DNA of 64,000 nt from Phoronis australis (taxonomy: Eukaryota > Animalia > Phoronida), in NCBI GenBank assembly GCA_002633005.1, contig NMRA01000781.1:72613-136612 (forward strand), written 5' to 3'. Position numbers and translations under genes: made by a program. Under the pieces are notes generated by a model. The model did not search any database. It saw nothing but the letters and a program-made list of their open reading frames with translations, and was not told the DNA's origin. The stretch's first letter is position 1, and every line of letters starts with the position of its first letter. Shown here in pieces: positions 37,801-49,800 of this stretch.

Positions 37801-40800
37801 CATACCGCTCAAAGGATCATCATGAAAATTTCCAGATGTGTTGCTCATTAGAGAGCCATGACTGACGTTGACTTTCGGATGGGTCCGGCCACTGTGTCAC
37901 CCTCTTGTGGTGATTTTGTTTTTTGTGTCTGCGGCCGAATCTCCTTTAAAAGGATCAAAACGAGATTTTACAGACGTGTTCCTGATTAGACTACTGCTTT
38001 GTTCCCTAGTCCCCAAATTAATGACTATCCTTTTGACAACAGCAACATTATTGCATTTTTTCCAGTTCCAAGGTATCCAGTTCAACAGTGTCACTGTTGT
38101 TTTTGTGTACAATTTGTGAATATTTGTGGTTCTTGTGTTACTGTACGTATTACAACCTTTGTTATCTTATTACCTATCAGAGCTGCATAACTACATGAAA
38201 GACCTGGCCCTGGTAGCATCATTGGTCATCGCTGTAGGGGGATGCTGGTTTGCCTATGTCCAGCACAAGCACTCTCAGTCTCACCTGAAGAAGATGATGA
38301 AAGATATGGATACTTTACAGAGTGCAGAGGCAGCTCTGGTTGGGCTACAGGAGAAGTAGGTTGATTTGACTAGAAAGAGGGGGGGGGGGTTGTGTTGTGT
38401 ATGAAGGTGCGTGGAAGGTTAGACGCACCAAACACTGTCTCACCCGCTGATGAAAGAGATGGACATTCTGCAGAAGCAGCGGCTGCTGTGGCTGGATTAC
38501 AGAAGTAGGTTGGTGTGATTAGAAGGGGATAGGGTGTTTTATGAGGTTGAATGGAGGGCGAGACACACCACTCTCTGTCTCACCTTAAGATGATGATGAC
38601 ATGGACACTCTACAACAGAGTGCAAAAGTAGCCTGGCTGGGCTACAGGAGAAGTAGTTTGACTTGACTTCAATGGAAAGGGGCGGGGTGGTTGCGTATGA
38701 GGATGAATGGAGAGTGACACACATAACTCTGTCTCCTTATGAGATCTACAGCGTGCATGGGCAGCTTTGAATTTAAGTAACATGTGTTGTAGTGAAAAAG
38801 ATGTCTTATATATAAGAATGAATGAGTGGGTGTACTTCAGCATCCATCTTGTCTTATATATGAGAATGAATGAGTGGGTGTACTTCAGCATCCATCTTGT
38901 CTTATATATAAGAATAATCCGGTGGGTGTACTTCACTGGAAACCACTACATAATTACACCATTAATGCAAGACTTGTCGAATTTGAAAACATGGTCTGTT
39001 TAATATTTCCTGAACAATGTGTTCTTAGCTTTGTGACGTTTGTGTCTCTAAAGCATTTAACTCTTAAGAGAAATGCAACTTTAGTCAATCTGGTGCATAC
39101 TGCCTATTGTGAAGATATTTTGAACCTTTAGATAAAAGAATTTTTCAAACCAGAATTATGAGACAGGGTAAATGGCACAATACAAACACTGTGTGTACTG
39201 CATCTGATTGGCTGACTTTCTACTGTATTTAGCTTTGTTACCTGTTTTAGGCATCAAATTATGTACCACATCTCTGACTGAAAGTCAACTTGCATCTTGG
39301 CCATTGTACACAGTTTTGAGAATTGAAATACATTGTTACCTTTTTAAGTAGGCCCAAGATACTTTTGACTAAGTCGAATTGACCAAAAATAATTTCAAAA
39401 GAAGGTAACTTTCTCCTTTAACCGCTTATAAATTTGAACCTCTATTACTACTGTCATTTCAAACTGTCCTGCTTTCGGATACAGTGGTCAGCTCATGTGC
39501 ATCCATTACCATTACAGATAACTGGGTGCAACATGCTTTTTGGTGCGAGTACAACTGTTCCGCAATCATACAAAGTTAAAAGTTTGAAAGTGAGCCCCAA
39601 AATACATGGAATTATTACACACATTAATGAATCTTTTGCACTAAATATTTTCGAGCCGAAAACTCTCACAATGAAAAATGACAGCAGCACCGCAGATGAA
39701 ATTTCTCGAATTCAGGAGAGCTAAAGAATACAACCTTGAACTTCATACCACAGACAAGTACTCTTAAAAAAGAAATTGTTAAGTGATGGGAACAACTGAG
39801 GAGGGAAACACTTGGTTATGTGATGACAGTTAATTGCTAATTAGTAATTGATCACATTTTTAATGACAGTAGACATGAACTATGTCCCTTTATTTGCAGG
39901 CTACAGCATGCTCAACTGGAAAAGAATTATGTTGCTCAAGAAAAACAGCATCTTGAAGACAAAATGAAAGCAGAAGTTGAGTCTGCACGTGTAAGTCTCA
40001 GGCTTGTCTTGATGAATGTTGCAACTGCTGTGTAAATGACGTGTAAGTCTCAGGCTTGTCTTGATGAATGTTGCAACTGTTGTGCAAATGACGTGTAAGT
40101 CTCAGACTTGTCTTCATGAATGCTGCAACTGTTGTGCAAATGACGTGTAAGTCTCAGACTTGTCTTGATGAATGCTGCAACTGTTGTGCAAATGACGTGT
40201 AAGTCTCAGACTTGTCTTCATGAATGCTGCAACTGTTGTGTAAATGACATGTAAGTCTCAGACTTGTCTTGATGAATGCTGCAACTGTTGTGCAAATGAC
40301 GTGTAAGTCTCAGACTTGTCTTGATGAATGCTGCAACTGTTGTGTAAGTGACGTGTAAGTCTCAGACTTGTCTTGGTGAATGTTGCAACTGTTGGCAAAG
40401 TTGGGTCAACCAACGGGTACACATATTTATCACTTGGTTTTGATTGAAAACACAACTGTACTTTCTGCTGGGCAGCTTGATGTACTCTCGTACTCTGTAC
40501 AATTTCTGATGCTGGTGTTCCATTGTAAAGCAAATGGCCAATACAAATTACAAATAAAACAAACATGTTAAAATAGTAGCTACGTATATTTTGACAGCAC
40601 ATGTCTTATCCTCCGGCACATAGTAGATTGGTGAATCAACTTTACCTCAATGAAGGGCTTGTACTGATGATGATTCTGTTGACCCACTTATTAAACTGTC
40701 AAACATCTGTATTACATTTTGTATTGTCTTTCATTTTACACTCTCTTTCATTTTAGAAAGCAGCCGAGGAACTGCTGCAAGCCCAAGAATTCACAGATGA

Positions 40801-43800
40801 AGAAATGTCAAGAGTGAAGTTATTAGAGGAGGAGCTAGCGCAGGTAGTAGCCAATCAGACAGTGGGTTACAACAGTCAATGTTAATGAGTCTGTTGTAGA
40901 AGCCAATCAGACAGTGGGTTACAACAGTCAGTGTTAATGAGTCTGTTGTAGAAGCCAATCAGACAGTGGGTTACAACAGTCAGTGTTAATGAGTCTGTTG
41001 TAGAAGCCAATCAGACAGTGGGTTACAACAGTCAGTGTTAATGAGTCTGTTGTAGAAGCCAATCAGACAGTGGGTTGCAACAGTCAGTGTTAATGAGTCT
41101 GTTGTAGAAGCCAATCAGACAGTGGGTTACAACAGTCAATGTTTACTTAATGAGTCTGTTGTAGAAGCCAATCGAATAGTATGTTACAGAATCTTATGTT
41201 TATTAATCTATGGTAGATGAGCTGATAGTTACTAATCAGGTGACCAATTACAATAATATTGGATGAGGTTTGTAAGCCAACAAAGGAATTATTTGTAACA
41301 GGTAACACGTAAAATAATGCTTTTTTGTTCTCCTGCACTTGTCAAGGAAAGGATCATGTTTTTAAGGATTAGACCATTGAATTTATGATACCAACACGCG
41401 AAATTGAAACCAAGCACAATGTGTCTGATGTATGCCACGATTGACCAGTTCTGCCTCAAGTCAATACAATGAAAGTTCTCTAGCTTGGAACAATATCTAA
41501 AACTTGGGTCACTGAAATTCGAACAGAAATTGAATTTTCTTGATTCTATAGATTGAGATGTGGTTGGTTTTGGTATTCATCGTATTTCTCATATTTCGAA
41601 TTATATCAGGGCTTGGAATTTTCCGCGGAAACGCGGATTTCCGCTTTTTTCAAATGTGCTGTCCGCTTTTTTTAATAATATTTCCGCGTAAAAAAATATC
41701 GGATTTGATATAAAATTTCCGCGGCAAATTCCTTACTTACCGCGGCGTCGCAGGCGACATTCACCTCGAAAAGCGGAAGTTGCTCTTTATGTTTCGGAGG
41801 AACGTAAATTGTCAACATTGCCGGGGCACCTTGGACAGCGTGGTGGGATTTTCAATGGCGTCTCGTGTTATTGTTAAGCGCGGCGACAAATACTACCGCT
41901 CTGCAGCCAAAAATGTGTGGGGTTGGGAGTGCGGACGGGCGAGCCAAGAGCTAAATGGACGCAGACGCAAGGTACTGATGGTGGTAACGTTTTTTTTGTT
42001 TTTTTTTATTTTAGACCTCCCGATTTTTATCGAGGAAAGGTTCACATTGACCATTTCAAGGCATGATTTGGGCCGTAAAAGTTTCCGCGTTTTTTGTCAT
42101 TGGTAATTCCAAGCCTTGTTATATCAACAGAGTCTGACAATAGACTTAGCATTAGATAAAATCAGCAGTCTGACAATAAACTTGGCACTAGATAAAATCG
42201 ACAGAGTCTGACAATAGAATTGGCACTAGATAAAATCGACAGAGTCTGACAATAGAATTGGCACTAGATAAAATCAACAGTCTGACAATAGAATTGGCAC
42301 TAGATAAAATCAACAGAGTCTGACAATAAACTTGGCACTAGATAAAATCAACAGAGTCTGACAATAGACTTGGCACTAGATAAAATCAACACAAATAGTT
42401 GTCAAGGAAACCTTTTTGTGCATCCATAGCATGTAATATGGAGGTGAGTGATTGTTTTTGTTGATGGTAATTCTTAAATATTGCTTATTTCTAAAATTTG
42501 GTACAAGCTCTGAGGTTCAGTCAAATAATTTTTCATGGTCCCAAATTCAAGAAATTTTATCGTACATTTGTCTGAGCAGGTTCGCACAGCTCTGAGGTTG
42601 GCAGAGAGGCAACTTCAGTGTCAACATGCATTTGTGGCTCCAGATGAACTCCAACAGTGGCTACAGCTCACCCATGAAATTGAATTGAAGCATTACAACA
42701 AGAAGAAACACAGTGCTGAGTTGGAGCTTATGTCTGCTAAGGAAGGGGTAAGGGGGGGGGGGTGTCACTCAGAATGCTGAGTTAGAACTCATGTCTGCTA
42801 GGAAAGGGTAAAGTGGGCCAATCAGTCTTTTGTTATTCACTGAGTTGTTATTGTTTATAGTGTTAGTGCTATTTTTATAGTTATTTGAGTGTTGATGTTG
42901 TTGTTAAGAAGTTTATACATCTGTAATATTCAGTAATGAACTAAGCTTAACAGTTATTATTATTATTATGTCACCTGTTGAAGAGATTTGTGTTTTGTGC
43001 AGATGTAATTTCACATTATCTTAATTATCATGGGTTAATTATCAATTGACAAGCGATCAAATCATTTAATTTTTTTTACTGATCTCAAACATAATATGTG
43101 CATGAATATAAAATCGGCTCATTTCATCGTCACCTCTTTGTTTTTTTATTTTTGAATTATGATTTCATGCCGGGGATTTCTTTGAATTTTTCAAATATAC
43201 ATGGTGAATTTCACATGAAAGTTCAGTATTCTGTTATGCGTACAGAGTGTCTTGGTTTAATTAAACAATCTCATTCAATAAGAGTATTCAGCTGAAGATT
43301 GGCTCGTCTATATGACAGTTGTGATGAGTGGTCTTGCTTGATTTACAGTGCGAGAAGTTACGTAAGAAGCGACAAGCATTTCTTGGCTCATTCCGTGTTG
43401 CTCACAGCAATTCAATAGATGACGTTGATCAACAGATTATAAAAGCCAGGTATGTGTCAAGTGAATGCCCATTATGACTACACTGCCTTACTGTTTAATT
43501 TCACTCTTTAGTTTGCCTTTATGTTTTGGTGCTGATTAAAAACCTAGTTGCATAATATCATAAAATGTTATTTTTTGCATTTTAATATGCACTGAATTCA
43601 CATAACATACAGCTTTTTGTTAGTTGTCTGAGATCAAACACAAGGCGGTCTGTTGAATGTTCACAAAGGGATTGTTTTGCTATGAAATTAAATCTATATT
43701 AAAAATCCCGTTACTATGCGGAGCCTAGTCAGTTCATTCATGATGACAATACCATGCATTTGTGTGCATTATAACGTCTTGAACTTTATTCTTACAGGGT

Positions 43801-46800
43801 TCTGGCTGTACGAAATTGTCCGTTTTTCATTTTGATTATGTTTTGTTTAAAGTTTTCAGTGTTATTTTAAACCTTTTGCAACCCTTCACTTGAGCATCAG
43901 TTTTGAGCTACTTAAAAATAGCAATACTCCCAGTGAATCCCATCCCCATTCAAGGGGTAAAGAGGTGCAAGCAAAATCTAATACAAATATGGCAACAGTC
44001 ACTTACAGCACCAGACAGTGTATTGGATTGCTCTTCTAAATACAGATATGGCAACAGTCAGTATATTGGATTGCTGTCCTAAACACATATATGGCAACAG
44101 TCAGTATATTGGATTGCTGTCCTAAACACATATATGGCAACAGTCACAGCACCAGTCAGTATATTGGATTGCTGTCCTAAACACATATATGGCAACAGTC
44201 ACAGCACCAGTCAGTATATTGGATTGCTGTCCTAAACACATATATGGCAACAGTCACAGCACCAGTCAGTGTATTGGATTGCTGTCCTAAATACTTTGCT
44301 ATTAACATACTTAAACTTTTATTTTTTCTTTTGGATGTAAACTCATTATCAGTCATTAAACTCATTACCAGTCATGTTTTTGACACTGTACAAAAGCTAG
44401 AAATTTTTTAGTGACTGGCTTATGTATTCTGTAAAGCTCAAGTTGTGCAGTTTACTATTAAATAAATTTAAATTGAAATTGATATGGTCTTTGACCAAGG
44501 ATAATGTTAACTGAGTTTTGTTTGTTCATCTCTTTCCCAGGCAAGCCCTAGAGGAGGTAAAGGTCGACTTGCAGGAAAGGCTCCACAGGTGGCAACAAAT
44601 TGAGTCCCTTTGTGGCTTCACCATTGTCAATAATCCTGGACTGAACTATCTGATGAATGAACTGAGTGACAACTATACGTCAGGCGCAGGGTCCATGGGT
44701 CCAGGTGAGCTTCACTTACAACAATCAGTTATAAAGGTTGAATCTACTCATCTCCAGCAGTGTTATTTTGATTTCTCAAATCTTTAGATTGACAACAACT
44801 CGTTGGCATAGGTTTGTTTTCATAATAATTGCATGTCTTTTCTTGGTTAAGTGTATTTAAGATGCTACTATTTAACTTCAGACAAGACAATCTGTGAAAG
44901 TGTTGAATAACCAGTAAAGTTTTATTTCGTAATTGATTGGAATTTTCTGGATTGTGAAATGTACAAGTTAAAGCACTGAACCATTCAATTATGTCAAAAG
45001 TTTGTCAGAAACTTAGAAACAATCCATGCGGGGAATATAAACATTCCCAGAACTGAGTTGTCGGCAACAGCTTGTGGTTTTAGCTTCGATGAATTTTTTT
45101 GGTCCATTTTCGTGTCTTAGCTTCTGGACTGTACATAGTAATAGAAACATTTCCCGGGTTGATCACAGCATTGGAAAATAACGGTGGAAATCGTGCTGAT
45201 TTGCAGAACTTGAGGTAAGGACTATCGCAAAACAGAAGTTTTACGCCACTGCTGCCGGCAGCCGAGAGTTGAACTCTGCAAGCAGACGATTGCCTCAGTA
45301 AAAAACCACATAGTTACTCATTATTAGGCCTTGATTTTCTGTAAAGACCTTACATCTCAGTGTAGATATACTGTATGCATCCATAAGGAAGCGTTTTCGC
45401 TTGATTTGAATTAGATTTTGGCAGATTTTACTAGCCGGTGACCTTACTTAGTTTAACCTACTTATATGTATGATGACCCAGATTGAAACTTCAGCGAGGC
45501 CCAAAAATAGCCGCCTGATCACTGTGCGTCGGAATTTTCATCGGTAAATCTTTTCTGTTTTTAGAGCAGTGAAACTGCTTTTTCAGGAACGATGCCTTGA
45601 ATTAATGATTTAGGTAACCCAAGCGATTGAGCCCAATAAAATTTGGCTTTGTACATGCGAGTTTAATCCACCAGCGGACTGCACACCAACCGTGAAATAC
45701 GGCTTCTACCGTTGAATACGGCTTCTACAATGTTATACGGATTGGCTCTACTTTCCCGTATATGACAGATGAATACGTCACATATATAATGGCCATATTT
45801 TCATACATATGGGATAAGAAGATATACCCAGCCAATAATCTTGTAAATTAGTAACCTCTACTCACTCATAAGTGTATTCATTCAATAATAAAGCTTGAAC
45901 TTCAAAAACTCTATTTTTAAAATGAAACTGCTGCTTTAACATGTAATCTTTCTTGGTTTTAGTTGACGTGAAGTAATATTCTACATATCTTGCATGCTTG
46001 ACACACTAGTTCCTTAGTCACACTTCAGGTGGTGTTTACCTCTCTACTGAGTCATATCACTACATCTTACTTGAACGGCTGATTTCTATCATTTTAGTGG
46101 TGTCACATTAAGCTTCAGTCGTTAATGTGATGAGTTCTTGAGCTAAAATGGATCCATCAGCCAGATTTTGGCATCAGAAACCACCAATCAGTATATCACC
46201 TGGCGAAGTCGAAATTATTCTGTCATTGCTCGATGGATTTCTCTCTCGCAAGATGTCATCGGATCATAGGGCGATGTTGTTTGATACTGGCAATTGTCAG
46301 CTAATACATAGATAGTTCACTTGGCAGATTTCAGTTGGTTGGCAGATGTCAATGACCATTACTGACAAAATGCATCCATGTTGGAATGACGTCCCCTTCA
46401 TATGTTTTAAGTGGGACTTCTGCTACCAGTCTGACAAAAAATCACCCAAACTCAGTCGACAGTATTGGTTAAAATGTGGCCATGGTATAATGCGAAACTG
46501 ATGCTAGTCTGATCAGCAATGCAATGACAAGCGACTGAGCATAGCCTGGTGATCTACCGACACACAATCTGTGTAAATATAAATTGAGCGATGCAAAATA
46601 TCAGCTGAATGCCAGAAAAAAAAATTTGCCTGACTGCACTAGTTGGAGATTGTTTATGCCTACACCAGGCCAGTACTCCCAATAATCACCCGTCAGCCAA
46701 CATGGTAATTTGTTTTCCTCTGCTAAGTCGGAAACTTTGTATGATCTAGAATTTGATAAAATGATTTGCTTGTTATTAGTAGTTTAGTACTATGCATGAT

Positions 46801-49800
46801 GTGGATGCCAGTAGTACTTGTTACAAAATAAATTTGTTGAGAACACTGAGAGCATGATGGACAATTCTCATTATTTTGACAGTATCATTGAAGCCGTTTG
46901 ATGTTACCAAATGAGTGATGTTCAGTTGTTAGATATTTAGATCCATATAGATAGAACTCCATGAGAATACTTGTCTACCATTCTGGAAAGGCTTTTGTCA
47001 CCCAGTCTGGGTAACAATGTTTTACCCTTGTGGTATTATTTCACATAACTGCTTTCATATGTTGTTAACTCCACCCAGGGGACATGGTGCCATTCTGTTT
47101 CTACCCACCAACCAATCAAAGTACATGCACTGGGTTTGTTGAGCCATTTGTCTCAGTATGTATGTTGTGTTGCTTCATGGTTCATTGTTTACTCTGCTGC
47201 TTTACTTTATGTTCTGTTCATATCACTGCTTTCATATGGAGTTCTTATCTCCTCCATCGGTTGCCTGGCAACAGTACTTATGACTGGTCATTTTTCTTTC
47301 AGTTATGACTCACCAGTACCAGTCAGCCCAACTCTTTTTGCTTCAGTTTCTCTTCTGCAATTCACTATTCACTTTACTTAATGCTGTCAGTTGATTATCA
47401 GTGAGGAGGTAACTCAAAATTATGCTTCACTGTCGGCTTTGGTCAGCTGCATGGAGTTCAGCAGGCTAAAATTGTCCCATTTCCCTCATCATGTGAACAA
47501 AGAAGTCTAACCGAATGCCATGTGAATGAGTGTGTTGTTTAAATGTTCACATGTTAAGTTGTCTGTTTCACTTGCACCTCTTCACTGTGTGTATCGTCTC
47601 TCTCAGCACCAAAGACAGTCTCGCCTGCCGTCGAGGATCACCCAAGCCCCGAACCACAACGGGAGCTAAAGTCAGCCGGCGAGTTTGTTGTTCTCAAGCA
47701 CAGTGTACCCCGAGAGGGAGGACTGGATCATAAAGTCAAAACACAACCCATAGACTATAAGAAGGCTCTTGAGGCCAAAAGGGCCAAGTTCCGAAGGCAG
47801 GGTAGGGCAATAACTCTGTTGTAGACAAAGTGTTAGTCTTCCTTAAACCAGGCGGTGATTCAGTTACATCATTTCTTAAGTCTATTGGTCTAAACGTGGT
47901 CTAAGAAAAATGAGCATGGGTTTCTGGTACTCTTATGGTAGTCAATGATTAGCACTTTCATGGTTATTGTGAATACCATGATTGTACCATATACCCGTCT
48001 CGTTCTAAGAATGTTGTAACACCTGAAGATGAGTTGAGAAACAGCCAGCCAAAACGTTGTGCCAATTGAATGTAAATAGGTTAGAGGCTGGTGTAAACTG
48101 ATTGAGAGAATCTAGAAATGATGTTAAGCATTCTCCTGTTAGTTATTATTGGTTTAGTCTCTGCTACTGTCTTTGAGGTTAGTACTGGTAGATGAAAAGT
48201 GTCAGATAAACAAGCAGAGATAATTTTTGTTTCTAAATAATTAATCATTTCATTTTGTATTAATGTAGTTTTTATGAGACTGCAGATGATCAGTTTCCGT
48301 GGTCTTACATTGTTGTTATAAGGCTTGAAGACTTGTCTTGAGTTTTTATCGTTGATTGGAAGTTAGTCTAACTGTGTAGTCTAACTGTGAAGGTTTTGAT
48401 AGCATTGGAGGCATTACTCAGTTTAACTGACTATCTTGTTTCTTTCCTTCAAAGCTACCACGGGATCCATCTCCTTCAAGAATCCCATCTCCACTGTGAT
48501 TGAGGAGAAAACCAGCGTGGTCAAATCAGGTCAATAAATATAGCACAACTTAAGGGAGGGGTTTACACCTTTGTATTGTTTGCCACACGTCCTTCTCAAA
48601 CAAACATTCCAAACATTCCAAACACAACCTGACAAATCATTCCCCGCATGCCTTGCCCACCCCACCCATTCAAGCTTTTTGTCTCTTTGGCAGTTTTGTC
48701 TTTTGCAATATTATGTTAAATTTCTAACTTTACTTTTACTTTGAAGTTTTGTGTGATTCAGTTAATAGCTTATATTCTCTTTTTAGTGATTTGAACAGTA
48801 ATAGCCATTTTGTCATAAAGCGGTTACATGATAAATAGGCCTTTTGCAAGACAGCCATGGGTTAGTTGGCAGACAGTTGTTTTGCATTTTCATATACATT
48901 TAATGGAGTGGAATTTTCCCAGCATTCTTTGCGACCTTCATTTGGTCAAATAACCACCAGTCATCATATTGCCACTGGTCATCAAATAACCACTGGTCTA
49001 TGGTAGGATATGCATTCAATTAAATAAAAACAATGTCCAACGCCTCAAATTGTCCTTGATTGAAAGATACCACATTTCACCCATCTTGCACACCAGAATT
49101 AGGTATTGGTCCAAGTGACTGGCTGTTACAACGCTGAAAGCATTGTAAGCAGATGTTGTGTGCAGAATGTTTCCTGTTGAATCAAAGTAGAATAAATCTG
49201 TAGCCTTTAGGTGTATTGACCTGATTTGGATGAAATTATTGCATTCTATGGTTCACTTAAGGTAATTGCCCTGCTCTACCAACATTCCTTGTAATTATTG
49301 CATTCTATGGTTCACTTAAGGTAACTGCCCTGCTCTACCAACATTCCTTGTAATTATTGCATTCTATGGTTCACTTAAGGTAACTGCCCTGCTCTACCAA
49401 CATTCCTTGTAATTATTGCATTCTATGGTTCACTTAAGGTAATTGCCCTGCTCTACCAACATTCCTTCTAATGACATAATGAATACACAGCTCCTCATAC
49501 GCATGTCCTTCATAATATTTTGACTACTTTTATTTAAGAGGGCTAATTACTGTGTTTTATTACAGTGGCAACATCACTGCCCAACTTGATCTGTACGAGA
49601 AGTGGTAGGGGTTTATCCATTCCATGTTATGGTTGCATTGGGCATGTGTTGTTTTGTTTACTGGTGAAGGTAGTTGAGTTCCTGCTGCGGTGTTCACAGC
49701 TGTGTATATAATGCTGATATTGTGCTTCTCTCTTGATTTTTTTGGAGTCTTATTCTCATATCTATCTTTAGGTTCATCTTGACGCATTGCATAATTAGCT

